From the NCBI RefSeq assembly GCF_000196355.1, contig NC_007614.1, positions 1,200,001 to 1,232,000 on the forward strand: a DNA stretch of 32,000 nucleotides, in the 5' to 3' direction. The DNA comes from Nitrosospira multiformis ATCC 25196 (GTDB taxonomy: Bacteria > Pseudomonadota > Gammaproteobacteria > Burkholderiales > Nitrosomonadaceae). Positions 1 through 9,129 of the stretch are shown here, piece by piece. A program made the translations under genes and the position numbers. The notes beneath the pieces were generated by a model. That model was not told the DNA's origin, ran no database searches, and was given only the letters and a program-made list of their open reading frames with translations. Numbering within the stretch: the first letter of the stretch is position 1; every line of letters starts with the position of its first letter.

Positions 1-659
1 TGGAGATAGCGCAGTTGCATGGCGCCGGCCTGCCGCGACAGCGTTTCTGCCGCCTGCATGAGTTGCTCCGATGCCTGTAATTCACCCTCGGCGTGAATCA
101 CCTTGGCGCGACGTTCGCGTTCCGCTTCCGCCTGCCGGGCAATAGCCCGTATCATGGATTCGTCAATGTCCACATGCTTGATCTCGACATTGGATACCTT
201 GATGCCCCAGGCGTCGGTCTGAATGTCCAGCACTTTCTGGATATCCATGTTGAGTTTCTCGCGTTCCGCCAGCATTTCATCGAGTTCGTGCTTGCCCAGT
301 ACCGATCGCAACGTGGTTTGCGCGAACTGGCTGGTGGCGGCAAGAAAGTTCTCCACCTGGATGATGGATTTTTGCGGATCGACCACGCGAAAATACACCA
401 CGGCACTGACTTTCACCGAGACGTTGTCGCGTGAAATGACGTCTTGGCTCGGTACGTCCATCACCACCGTGCGCAGGTCAACTTTCACCATTTTCTGAAT
501 CCCTGGAATGATGATGATCAGGCCGGGGCCTTTCACCTTGTAGAAGCGGCCGAGCAGGAACACGACACCCCGTTCATATTCGCGCAAAATGCGGAATATC
601 GAGAATAGCGCGAGGATAAGAATGAGGGCGAGCGTGCCGAATACCGAATTGGCGAGCAT
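1..659 (-). CDS. SPFH/band-7 (stomatin-like) membrane protein; 3' end runs off the window
   Basis: Absent from the ORF track because no stop lies inside the window. My reverse-complement translation from ATG at 659 reads [98 protein letters not shown]...[21 protein letters not shown]. That is an N-terminal TM helix, an SPFH core and a charged helical tail. AGGAG lies 6 nt upstream. The gene starts 13 nt after the NfeD stop. Confidence 0.85.
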   Translation of the reverse strand, partial: MLANSVFGTLALILILALFSIFRILREYERGVVFLLGRFYKVKGPGLIIIIPGIQKMVKVDLRTVVMDVPSQDVISRDNVSVKVSAVVYFRVVDPQKSIIQVENFLAATSQFAQTTLRSVLGKHELDEMLAEREKLNMDIQKVLDIQTDAWGIKVSNVEIKHVDIDESMIRAIARQAEAERERRAKVIHAEGELQASEQLMQAAETLSRQAGAMQLRYL

Positions 660-672
660 AAGTGTCTCCTGG

Positions 673-2043
673 TTATTTTTCTGCTGCGGTTACATGCAGG
701 ATGAGGCCGTCGATTCCGGTCACACGCACCTTCTGGCCCCGAACCAGCGGTTGGGCGGAGTGCACGGTCCACAACTCGCCGCGGATACGCGCCATGCCGT
801 CACCGGAAGTGTCTTCCAGCATTTCTCCCACTGAGCCGACCATATGCTCCTGACCACTCAGCAACGGTTTCCGGCGGGTCTTGAGCGCCATGCCGATTAC
901 TGAAATCAGGAACAGGGCACTGGCGAAGGCTACTCCGCCGACGAGCGTCCAGGGGATACCGAAACCGGGCGCCTCACTGTCAATCAGCATCAGGGAGCCC
1001 ACGACGAAAGCGATAATTCCGCCGATACCGAGGGCCCCGAAGCTGGGCAGGAATACTTCGGCCACCATGAACCCGATCCCGAGCAGGATCAAGGCAAGTC
1101 CGGCATAGCTCACCGGCAGTAACTGGAAGGCATACAGGGCGATAAGCAGGCAGATGGCGCCTGCCACGCCGGGTAGCACAAAACCGGGGTTGGCAAACTC
1201 GAAGAACAGTCCGTAAATGCCGATAAGCATCAGGACATAGGCGACGCTTGGATTGGTGATGATGGCGAGCAGCCGCGTGCGCCAGTCGGGTTCCACGACT
1301 TCCATGGTGGCGGAAGTGGTATCGAGCTTACGGTCCTGGCCCAGTACGTTCACTTGCCTGCCATTGAGCTGCTTCAGCAGATCCGCGATGTCGGTAGCGA
1401 TATAATCGACAACTTTGAGGTGCAGCGCTTCGGAGGCCGACAGACTGACCGCTTCGCGGACGGCTCTTTCCGCCCATTCCACATTACGCCCGCGCATTTG
1501 CGCCAGGCCGCGTATGTACGCCGCAGCATCATGAATCATTTTGCGGGACATTTCGTCCTTTACGGGAAGCTGGCCTTCTTTTTCCGGATTTTGCGCGCGG
1601 TTCTCGCCTGATTTCGGTTGGGGCCTGGGTTCAGGCTCTGATCGGGGAAAGCCACCCATTTCTATTGGGGTTGCGGCACCCAGGTTGGTGCCCGGAGCCA
1701 TCGCGGCGATATGGCTGGCATACAGGATATAAGTGCCGGCACTGGCTGCCCGAGCCCCACTCGGCGCCACAAAAGTCGCCACGGGCAAGGGTGAAGCCAG
1801 GACACCGCGGATGATCTGCCGCATGGAAGTGTCGAGGCCTCCCGGCGTGTCCAGTTGTAACACCACAAGCAGCGCGTTCTCGTTCGCGGCGCGTTCCAGT
1901 CCGCGCTGGATGAAATCGGCGCTGGCCGGAGCAATGGGGCCATCGATTTTCAACACCACGACAGGGGAAGCTCGAACAATTGACGGCAGCAGAAACAGCA
2001 TCGCCAGGACACTGACAAAAAGAGTGCGAATGAGTAGTTTCAT
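673..2043 (-). CDS. NfeD-family membrane-bound serine protease (ClpP/S49-like N-domain, polytopic middle, C-terminal OB-fold NfeD domain)
   Basis: 456-aa ORF with a signal/TM segment. It has a ClpP-class segment ([13 protein letters not shown]...[30 protein letters not shown]), about 5 hydrophobic helices, and a C-terminal [36 protein letters not shown]. It sits directly upstream of an SPFH gene, the classic NfeD-SPFH pair. Confidence 0.85.
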   Translation of the reverse strand: MKLLIRTLFVSVLAMLFLLPSIVRASPVVVLKIDGPIAPASADFIQRGLERAANENALLVVLQLDTPGGLDTSMRQIIRGVLASPLPVATFVAPSGARAASAGTYILYASHIAAMAPGTNLGAATPIEMGGFPRSEPEPRPQPKSGENRAQNPEKEGQLPVKDEMSRKMIHDAAAYIRGLAQMRGRNVEWAERAVREAVSLSASEALHLKVVDYIATDIADLLKQLNGRQVNVLGQDRKLDTTSATMEVVEPDWRTRLLAIITNPSVAYVLMLIGIYGLFFEFANPGFVLPGVAGAICLLIALYAFQLLPVSYAGLALILLGIGFMVAEVFLPSFGALGIGGIIAFVVGSLMLIDSEAPGFGIPWTLVGGVAFASALFLISVIGMALKTRRKPLLSGQEHMVGSVGEMLEDTSGDGMARIRGELWTVHSAQPLVRGQKVRVTGIDGLILHVTAAEK

Positions 2044-2158
2044 TTATTCAATATAGACCGTTTCATCCGTTACAAATTCGCCAAAAAAGCTTGCGGATGC
2101 TTGCAATGCCCTTTGTTTTGGCGCATAAAGCGACTTCCATATCAAAAGCATTTATTTC

Positions 2159-4138
2159 ATGAAGAGACCGGTAAGCAGAATTCTCGTTATCAATGATGAA
2201 AAACTGATACTCAAGGAGCTCATAAAGGGATTGAACGCCGCGGCCAGATCCCTTGAGAACCCTCTGGGAATCACGTTTTTGGGGGTCACTACTGCGCGGG
2301 AGGCGCTGCAGGCCATTCAGGATGATGGCGACATTCAGTCCGTGCTGGTGGACGATACGCTCTATACGCTGAAAAATGGCGAGAAGGGCTCCCGCATCCT
2401 GCAAATGACGGCGCTGAAACTGGTGCAGGAAATAACCCGTTTCCGCCCCGAGCTGGATATCTATATCCTGATCGCGCAGGAGAAAGAGGATGAGGTGGTG
2501 GATGCGCTGTTTTCTGAAACCGTGGATGGTTATTTCTATCGGGAAGAGCGTGATTACCGGGGCATGTACCGGATTTTGAATGCCCAGCTTCAGGAAAAAG
2601 CGCGCACGCCTTTTTACGATCAACTCAAAAGTTATGTATTGATGGCAAAGGATGCCTGGCATACACCTGGGCATTCTTCAGGCGATTCGTTGCGGGACAG
2701 TCCCTGGGCCAGCGATTTCTACCAGTTTATCGGCGAGCATATTTTTCGCGCAGATCTGTCGGTGTCGGTGCCCATGCTCGATTCGCTCATGGAACCTTCC
2801 GGGGTCATTGCCGAAGCGCAGAAGATTGCGGCAAAGGCGTTTGGCGCGCGCCGCACTTTTTTTGCCACAAATGGCACTTCCACCGCCAACAAGGTGATAT
2901 TCCAGACGTTGCTCGCTCCTGGCGAAAAGCTGCTGCTGGATCGGAACTGCCATAAATCGGTTCATCACGGAGTCGTGCTATCCGGCGCCCATCCCATCTA
3001 TCTCAACTCCTCGGTAAACAAGAAATTCGGGGTTTATGGGCCGGTGCCCAAGCAGACACTGTTCAGGGCAATCGAAGAACATCCCGATGCCCAGGCGCTC
3101 ATACTCACGAGTTGCACCTATGATGGTTTCCGCTATGACCTGCCTCCGATCATAGAGGCCGCGCATGCCAAAGGCATCAAGGTGATCATCGATGAAGCCT
3201 GGTACGGGTTCGCCCGCTTTCATCCGGCTTTCCGTCCCACCGCCCTGGAAGCAGGCGCAGATTATGCTACTCAAAGTACACACAAGGTGCTGTCGGCTTT
3301 TTCCCAGTCCAGCATGATTCATATCAATGATCCCGAATTCAACGAGCATCTGTTTCGGGAAAATTTCAACATGCATACTTCCACCAGCCCGCAGTACAGC
3401 ATGATTGCAAGTCTCGACGTGGCGCGCAAACAGGTGGTGATGGAGGGATACAAGCTATTGTCGCGCACGCTGGAGCTGGCGAAGGAAGTACGTGAGCAAA
3501 TCAATTCGACCGGCGTGTTTCGCGTACTGGAACTGACGGATCTGCTGCCTGACGAGGTGAAGAACGACAATATCCAGCTCGATTCGACCAAGGTCACCGT
3601 CGATATTTCGCATTGTGGCTTTACGGTGGAAGATTTGGTCCGGGAACTGTTCGAGCGATATAACATTCAGGTGGAAAAATCCACTTTCAATACGCTCACT
3701 CTGCTGCTGACCATCGGTACCACGCGCAGCAAGGTATCGCGCCTTTACGATGCTCTCATGCGCATCGCACGCGAGGGCAGGGCGCCCCGCAGACTCTACC
3801 AGATCCCGGAGCTTCCGGGATTTACTGAATTGAAGTATCTGCCGCGGGATGCCTTTTACTGCGGCGGCGAGATCGTTCCGTTGCTCGACGAGCAGGAGCG
3901 GATAAATGATAGCCTGAAAGGGAAGGTCTGCGCGGATCAGATCACGCCTTACCCCCCGGGTATTCCGGTCCTGGTGCCAGGCCAGACCATCACGTCCGGG
4001 GTGGTGCAATATCTAGTCAGCATGCTACGATCGCAGAAACGGGTGGAAGTGCACGGGATCGTTTATGACGGCTATCTGCCGTGTTTGAGGCTGTTGAGCG
4101 ACGTCGAGGAAAAGAGCTTGAAAAAGCTTGCAAAATAG
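2159..4138 (+). CDS. Fold-type I PLP-dependent Orn/Lys/Arg decarboxylase with a CheY/receiver-like N-terminal domain
   Basis: 659-aa ORF. It carries the PLP-lysine motif STHKVLSAFSQSSMIH, the HTPGHSSG motif and the C-terminal PYPPGIPVLVPGQ motif typical of the large Orn/Lys/Arg decarboxylase family. The N-terminal ~145 aa align by eye to receiver domains (RILVINDE...SVLVDDTL...IYILIAQE...DGYFYRE). Confidence 0.85.
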   Translation: MKRPVSRILVINDEKLILKELIKGLNAAARSLENPLGITFLGVTTAREALQAIQDDGDIQSVLVDDTLYTLKNGEKGSRILQMTALKLVQEITRFRPELDIYILIAQEKEDEVVDALFSETVDGYFYREERDYRGMYRILNAQLQEKARTPFYDQLKSYVLMAKDAWHTPGHSSGDSLRDSPWASDFYQFIGEHIFRADLSVSVPMLDSLMEPSGVIAEAQKIAAKAFGARRTFFATNGTSTANKVIFQTLLAPGEKLLLDRNCHKSVHHGVVLSGAHPIYLNSSVNKKFGVYGPVPKQTLFRAIEEHPDAQALILTSCTYDGFRYDLPPIIEAAHAKGIKVIIDEAWYGFARFHPAFRPTALEAGADYATQSTHKVLSAFSQSSMIHINDPEFNEHLFRENFNMHTSTSPQYSMIASLDVARKQVVMEGYKLLSRTLELAKEVREQINSTGVFRVLELTDLLPDEVKNDNIQLDSTKVTVDISHCGFTVEDLVRELFERYNIQVEKSTFNTLTLLLTIGTTRSKVSRLYDALMRIAREGRAPRRLYQIPELPGFTELKYLPRDAFYCGGEIVPLLDEQERINDSLKGKVCADQITPYPPGIPVLVPGQTITSGVVQYLVSMLRSQKRVEVHGIVYDGYLPCLRLLSDVEEKSLKKLAK

Positions 4139-4189
4139 GTAAAACTAAAGGATTCCACAGAATAAACCACAATAAATTCCACCACGTCG

Positions 4190-4211
4190 CACGGCGGCTC
4201 ATGCCGCCGTG
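4190..4211 (+). other. Perfect 9-bp GC-rich stem-loop (cacggcggc-tcat-gccgccgtg) between the decarboxylase and argD
   Basis: Read directly: arms at 4190-4198 and 4203-4211 with a 4-nt loop. No clear U-tract follows (ttgcattctg), so a terminator role is uncertain. It may be an attenuator or an mRNA 3'-end stabiliser. It overlaps the GTG at 4209 that the ORF track uses as the argD start. Confidence 0.4.
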
Positions 4212-4238
4212 TTGCATTCTGATCTGGCAAATTTACCT

Positions 4239-5411
4239 ATGTCGAATTTGATGAACACTTACCTGCGCCTGCCCGTTACATTTGCGAGGGGGGAAGGGGT
4301 GTGGTTATGGGACGAGGAGGGCAAGCGCTATCTCGATGCGCTTGCGGGAGTAGCGGTATGCGGGCTGGGGCATTGCCACCCGGCGCTGGCAAAGGCCCTT
4401 TGCGACCAGGCAGGTACCCTTATCCATACTTCCAATCTCTACCATATCAGGAAGCAGGAACAACTAGGAACGAGATTGACCGCGCTTTCAGGCATGGACA
4501 ATGCATTTTTCTGCAATTCAGGGGCGGAAGCCAATGAGGCAGCGATCAAGCTCGCGAGGTTGTATGGACATGGGAAGAATATCGATTTGCCGACTATTAT
4601 CGTCATGGAAAAATCCTTCCACGGACGTACCATGGCGACCCTGACCGCAAGTGGCAACCGCAAGGTGCAGGCTGGCTTCGAGCCGCTCCTCACCGGTTTT
4701 GCGCGGGTTCCCTATAATGATCTCGAGGCAGTGGCACAGGTTGCGGAACACAACAAGAACGTCGTTGCTATCCTGGTTGAACCTTACCAGGGGGAGGGGG
4801 GGGTCAATGTGCCGCAGGCAAATTATCTGCAAGGTCTCCGCCACCTCTGTAACCAGAACGGCTGGCTGCTGATGCTGGATGAAGTACAGTGCGGAATCGG
4901 CCGCACCGGCAACTGGTTCGCTTTTCAATACAGCGGCATCACGCCCGATGTCGTCACGCTCGCCAAAGGCCTGGGATCGGGCGTGCCGATTGGGGCCTGC
5001 CTGGCGAAAGGTATCGCGGCAAATGTCTTCAAGCCAGGCAATCATGCCTCCACTTTCGGTGGAAACCCGCTTGCCTGCAGTGCTGCGCTCACCACGCTCG
5101 AAGTAATCGAGAAAGAAGATCTGCTGCGCAATGCAATGGAAGTGGGCGATTTCATGCGCAGTCTGTTCAAGGCGCAATTGGCGGATTTGCCGGAGGTCAT
5201 TGAAATTCGCGGCCAGGGCCTGATGATAGGCATCGAGCTTTCGAAACCGTGTGGTGAACTGGTGAAGGAAGCTTTGAAAAAAGGCCTTCTCATCAATGTA
5301 ACCTCCGACAAGGTCGTGCGTCTGCTACCGCCGCTGGTGATTCAACGCAGCGAGGCTGAGCAGGTAGTCAACATTTTATCTCCCATTGTGAAGGAATTTC
5401 TGGCAGCTTGA
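4239..5411 (+). CDS. argD: Acetylornithine aminotransferase (class-III PLP aminotransferase)
   Basis: ORF 4209..5411. Homologous sequence begins at MSNLMNTYLRLPVTFARGEGVWLWDEEGKRYLDALAGVAV, so ATG 4239 is preferred over GTG 4209. It contains motifs LMLDEVQCGIGRTG and TLAKGLGSGVPIGA, and lies in an arg cluster with argF and argG. Confidence 0.85.
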   Translation: MSNLMNTYLRLPVTFARGEGVWLWDEEGKRYLDALAGVAVCGLGHCHPALAKALCDQAGTLIHTSNLYHIRKQEQLGTRLTALSGMDNAFFCNSGAEANEAAIKLARLYGHGKNIDLPTIIVMEKSFHGRTMATLTASGNRKVQAGFEPLLTGFARVPYNDLEAVAQVAEHNKNVVAILVEPYQGEGGVNVPQANYLQGLRHLCNQNGWLLMLDEVQCGIGRTGNWFAFQYSGITPDVVTLAKGLGSGVPIGACLAKGIAANVFKPGNHASTFGGNPLACSAALTTLEVIEKEDLLRNAMEVGDFMRSLFKAQLADLPEVIEIRGQGLMIGIELSKPCGELVKEALKKGLLINVTSDKVVRLLPPLVIQRSEAEQVVNILSPIVKEFLAA

Positions 5412-5413
5412 GT

Positions 5414-5431
5414 TTTTTGCGATCGCAAAAA
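5414..5431. repeat. Perfect 18-bp palindrome tttttGCGATCGCaaaaa, 3 nt after the argD stop
   Basis: Read directly: T5 (5414-5418), GCGATCGC (5419-5426) and A5 (5427-5431). It is its own reverse complement. Confidence 0.9.
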
Positions 5432-5457
5432 GTGAACGGTTGAAGTCAGCCGGCCCA

Positions 5458-5481
5458 AGTCTTCGCAATAGTCTTCGCAAC
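5458..5481. repeat. Tandem 12-bp direct repeat agtcttcgcaaT/agtcttcgcaaC upstream of the argF start
   Basis: Read directly: 5458-5469 and 5470-5481 match at 11 of 12 positions. It appears in the ORF-track over-extension as the peptide SLRNSLRN. It lies 25 nt upstream of the likely argF ATG at 5506. Confidence 0.9.
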
Positions 5482-5505
5482 GGACTCGCCCCTGACACCA
5501 AAAAT

Positions 5506-6429
5506 ATGCAGATCAAGCATTTCTTACAGTTCAACGATTTTTCCCGGGAGGAATTCGAGTATCTGTTCGAGCGCACGCGCTGGATCAAGCAGGAGTTCAA
5601 GCAATACCGACGCTACTGGCCCCTGGAAGACCGTACTCTGGCCATGATCTTTGACAAGCATTCAACCCGCACCAGGCTTTCGTTTGAGGCGGGCATGCAC
5701 CAGTTGGGCGGGGCGGCGATCTATCTTTCCACTCGTGATACCCAGTTGGGGCGCGGCGAGCCGGTCGAAGATGCGGCCCGGGTGATTTCGCGGATGGTGG
5801 ATATCGTCATGATCCGTACCCATGAGCATGATATCGTCAGGCGGTTTGCGGCGCATTCGCGTGTTCCGGTCATTAATGGACTGACCGATGAATATCACCC
5901 CTGCCAGATCATTGGGGATATTTTTACGTTCATCGAGCACCATGGCAGCATTACCGGCAAGACGGTGGCGTGGATAGGGGACTCCAACAACGTTTGCAAT
6001 ACGTGGCTTCAGGCAGCGGAAGTATTCGATTTCAACGTCCATGTCTCCACTCCGCGAGGCTACGAAGTGGAGCCGGAACGGGCCGGTCTTTACGGGACAA
6101 GCCACTATGAGGAGTTTGCGGATCCACATGAGGCAGTAAAAGGTGCAGACCTCGTTACCACGGACGTCTGGACCAGCATGGGATTCGAGGCCGAAACCGA
6201 GGAGCGAAAAAGGGATTTTGCGGATTTTCGGGTGGATGCGGAAATGATGTCGCACACCCGCAAGGATGCGTTGTTCATGCATTGCCTGCCTGCTCATCGC
6301 GGGGAGGAAGTGGCGGCGGAAGTGATAGACGGACCGCAATCGGTGGTATGGGATGAAGCGGAGAACCGGCTGCATACGCAAAAGGCGCTGATTGAATACC
6401 TGTTGCTGGGAAGACTGGATAACGCCTGA
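5506..6429 (+). CDS. argF: Ornithine carbamoyltransferase
   Basis: ORF 5440..6429. Homology starts at MQIKHFLQFNDFSREEFEYLF (ATG 5506). It has the carbamoyl-phosphate motif HSTRTRLSFE and the ornithine-site motifs DVWTSMG and FMHCLPAHRGEEV. Confidence 0.9.
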   Translation: MQIKHFLQFNDFSREEFEYLFERTRWIKQEFKQYRRYWPLEDRTLAMIFDKHSTRTRLSFEAGMHQLGGAAIYLSTRDTQLGRGEPVEDAARVISRMVDIVMIRTHEHDIVRRFAAHSRVPVINGLTDEYHPCQIIGDIFTFIEHHGSITGKTVAWIGDSNNVCNTWLQAAEVFDFNVHVSTPRGYEVEPERAGLYGTSHYEEFADPHEAVKGADLVTTDVWTSMGFEAETEERKRDFADFRVDAEMMSHTRKDALFMHCLPAHRGEEVAAEVIDGPQSVVWDEAENRLHTQKALIEYLLLGRLDNA

Positions 6430-6512
6430 TAGAGCAGGATTTTCAATAGGAGTTATTCGGGAAGTCAAGCCGGCATTTTTATTAATGAGACAAGCATGGG
6501 AAAAGAAACAAG

Positions 6513-7736
6513 GTGAATGTCGCTCAGATTAAAAAAGTAGTCCTGGCATTTTCCGGCGGTCTGGATACGTCGGTAATCCTGAAGTGGCTGCAGGATACCT
6601 ACCGGTGCGAAGTTGTCACCTTCACCGCTGACATTGGCCAGGGGGAGGAGGTGGAACCTGCCCGTGCAAAGGCGAAGCAGCTTGGCGTGAGGGAAATCTT
6701 CATCGACGACTTGCGCGAAGAATTCGTACGCGATTTCGTCTTTCCCATGTTTCGGGCCAATACCCTTTATGAAGGGGAGTACCTGCTCGGCACCAGCATC
6801 GCACGCCCGCTGATTGCCAAGCGCCAGATCGAAATCGCGCGAGAAACCGGTGCGGACGCCGTGTCGCACGGCGCGACCGGGAAAGGCAATGATCAGGTGC
6901 GCTTTGAACTCGGTTACTATGCGCTTCAACCGGATATCCGGGTGATTGCGCCGTGGCGCGAATGGGACCTTACATCCCGGGAAAAGCTTCTGAAATACGC
7001 GGAGCAGCACGGCATCCCGGTGGAAATGAAGAAAAAGGAAGGCTCTCCCTACAGTATGGATGCCAACCTTCTGCATATTTCGTATGAGGGACGTATTCTC
7101 GAAGACCCTGCGCAGGAGCCGGAAGAGTCGATGTGGCGGTGGAGTGTTTCGCCGGAAAAAGCTCCGGATAGTCCCGAATATCTCGACCTCGAATTCAGGC
7201 AGGGCGATATCGTTGCATTGGATGGGGAAGAGCTTTCGCCGGCGCGCCTGCTCGCCAGACTCAATGAACTGGGGGGCAAGCACGGGATAGGGCGCCTGGA
7301 TCTGGTCGAAAACCGGTATGTCGGTATGAAGTCCCGCGGGTGCTACGAGACTCCCGGCGGCACGATCATGCTGCGTGCCCACCGGGCCATGGAGTCCATT
7401 ACACTGGACCGTGAAGTCGCACATTTGAAAGACGAGCTTATGCCACGCTATGCCGAACTGATTTACAACGGCTATTGGTGGAGTCCCGAACGCAGAATGA
7501 TGCAGACGATGATCGATGCGTCACAGGCGCATGTGAACGGCTGGGTGCGGGTGAAGCTCTACAAGGGTAATGTGATTGTCGTGGGGAGAGACTCGAAAAC
7601 AGATTCGCTGTTTGATCCCCATATTGCAACCTTCGAGGATGACCAGGGTGCGTACAATCAGATGGATGCTGCCGGTTTCATCAAGTTGAATGCACTCAGG
7701 ATGCGGATTGCCGCCAATTTAAGAAATCGCAAATAA
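6513..7736 (+). CDS. argG: Argininosuccinate synthase
   Basis: 407-aa ORF with a GTG start. It has the N-terminal ATP-pyrophosphatase motif [20 protein letters not shown], followed by [13 protein letters not shown] and [19 protein letters not shown]. Confidence 0.95.
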   Translation: MNVAQIKKVVLAFSGGLDTSVILKWLQDTYRCEVVTFTADIGQGEEVEPARAKAKQLGVREIFIDDLREEFVRDFVFPMFRANTLYEGEYLLGTSIARPLIAKRQIEIARETGADAVSHGATGKGNDQVRFELGYYALQPDIRVIAPWREWDLTSREKLLKYAEQHGIPVEMKKKEGSPYSMDANLLHISYEGRILEDPAQEPEESMWRWSVSPEKAPDSPEYLDLEFRQGDIVALDGEELSPARLLARLNELGGKHGIGRLDLVENRYVGMKSRGCYETPGGTIMLRAHRAMESITLDREVAHLKDELMPRYAELIYNGYWWSPERRMMQTMIDASQAHVNGWVRVKLYKGNVIVVGRDSKTDSLFDPHIATFEDDQGAYNQMDAAGFIKLNALRMRIAANLRNRK

Positions 7737-7776
7737 TAGCGCTGGAACTGCATGAGATTCTTTTGAGAAGATTGAT

Positions 7777-8262
7777 ATGCCATCATTCGATATCGTTTCC
7801 GAAGTCGACAAGCAGGAAGTTAGAAACGCGATTGACCAGGTGAATAAGGAAGTGGGCACGCGTTTCGACTTCAAGGGTTCTGACGCCCGCGTGGAACAGG
7901 CGGATTATACCCTTACTGTTTTTGCCGATGATGAATTCAAGCTGGACCAGGTATTCGACATTCTGACCACCAAACTGGCCAAGCGGAATGTCGATGTGCG
8001 CTCCCTGGACAAGGGTCAGGTGGAAAAAATCAGCGGCAACAAGGTGAAGCAGCTCGTTACGGTAAAAACCGGCGTGGAAAGTGAGTTGGCTAAAAAAATT
8101 ATCAGGCTCATCAAGGACAGTAAACTCAAGGTCCAAGGCAGCATTCAGGGGGAGACTGTGCGCGTTTCAGGCGCAAAGCGGGATACCTTGCAAGAGGCCA
8201 TCCAATTGGTCAAGAAATCGGTCACGGATTTTCCCCTGCAATTCCAGAATTTTCGCGATTGA
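7777..8262 (+). CDS. yajQ: YajQ-family (UPF0234) nucleotide-binding protein
   Basis: 161-aa ORF. The sequence [35 protein letters not shown] is the conserved YajQ N-terminus, and the length is typical. Confidence 0.9.
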   Translation: MPSFDIVSEVDKQEVRNAIDQVNKEVGTRFDFKGSDARVEQADYTLTVFADDEFKLDQVFDILTTKLAKRNVDVRSLDKGQVEKISGNKVKQLVTVKTGVESELAKKIIRLIKDSKLKVQGSIQGETVRVSGAKRDTLQEAIQLVKKSVTDFPLQFQNFRD

Positions 8263-8358
8263 CCAACGTTTCGATTAATCCTGAACGCCCTGATTTTTAT
8301 CCCCCTCTCTGTCTGTTTCCTGATTCTCCTCGTCTCCACAATTCCCCGATCGATTTGA

Positions 8359-9069
8359 TCAATTGAACCTGATCCCCTTGATCCAGCGCTCATAGAGCTT
8401 GTCGGCTACACACTGCAACCGCGATATTCGGACAGACAAGTTTGTTTGCATTGCCTCTGCGGCCTGGACCGCAGGGCCGGGGCTCGAGGCAATTTCTGCC
8501 GCCCCGTGGGTGCACCAGTCTTTCACCATCTCTTCGGTCATTTCCACATGGCACTGCAATCCCAAGTGCTTATTATCCAGAGTGAACGCCTGATTTTTGC
8601 ACCAGGGACTGGAAAGCAGCAGTGTGGCGTTATCCGGGATAGTGAAAATCTCGCCATGCCAGTGGAACACTTCGCACTTTGACAGATCTCCAAACCATTC
8701 CCGAGCTGGCTGGTTGTCGGCAGTGCTCGCCTCACCCCAGCCGATTTCCTTGACCCGGCTTTTGGAAACTCCTCCTCCCAGTGCCTTCGCCATTAATTGA
8801 CCACCGAGGCAGTGCCCCAATACAGGAATATTGTTTGCCACTGCCTGGCGAATCAACGAGAGTTCATTTCTGATCCAAGGCAAATCGTCATTTACACTCA
8901 TCGGGCCCCCCATGAATACCAAGCCGCCGAATTGCCCGGCATCGCCAGGTACACTTTCACCGGCATCGATTTTTATGAGTTGCCAGGGAATGGCATGGCG
9001 ATCGAGAAACGTGGCTAAATAGCCTGGCCCTTCGATTGGAAAATGCCTGAAGATTGCGACCGGCTTCAT
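8359..9069 (-). CDS. Class-I glutamine amidotransferase (GATase1) domain protein
   Basis: 236-aa ORF. It has the nucleophile-elbow motif PVLGHCLGGQLMA and the His-Glu pair in LQCHVEMT. Confidence 0.8.
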   Translation of the reverse strand: MKPVAIFRHFPIEGPGYLATFLDRHAIPWQLIKIDAGESVPGDAGQFGGLVFMGGPMSVNDDLPWIRNELSLIRQAVANNIPVLGHCLGGQLMAKALGGGVSKSRVKEIGWGEASTADNQPAREWFGDLSKCEVFHWHGEIFTIPDNATLLLSSPWCKNQAFTLDNKHLGLQCHVEMTEEMVKDWCTHGAAEIASSPGPAVQAAEAMQTNLSVRISRLQCVADKLYERWIKGIRFN

Positions 9070-9129
9070 GAATATGCATGCACTCCGCTGGCTGGTGGGT
9101 AGGAATGGGAGGAAAGGGAATGGAGATGT

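Noticed and set aside
2063-2674. 203-aa minus-strand ORF overlapping the decarboxylase start and the divergent promoter region
   Set aside because: It is antisense to the receiver-like domain of a well-supported gene and has no recognisable motifs. Accepting it would leave no promoter space for either neighbouring gene.
4796-4803. G8 homopolymer inside argD, with similar G7-8 runs on the coding strand at 30453-30460 and near 31962 in rne and a C7 run near 22466 in glnE, considered as slipped-strand phase-variation sites
   Set aside because: They occur in essential housekeeping genes and encode Gly-Gly or Pro-Pro in frame. They appear to be a general compositional habit of this genome, not contingency loci.
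5419-5426. GCGATCGC, identical to the cyanobacterial HIP1 highly iterated palindrome
   Set aside because: I noticed only a single copy in the window, and the gene content is not cyanobacterial. I treat it only as the core of the local 18-bp palindrome.
5662-7424. Two long minus-strand ORFs (268 aa at 5662..6468 and 319 aa at 6465..7424) antisense to argF and argG
   Set aside because: They lie entirely opposite genes with unmistakable conserved motifs. Their translations are Arg/Pro/His-rich with no recognisable domain. These are typical stop-poor shadow frames.
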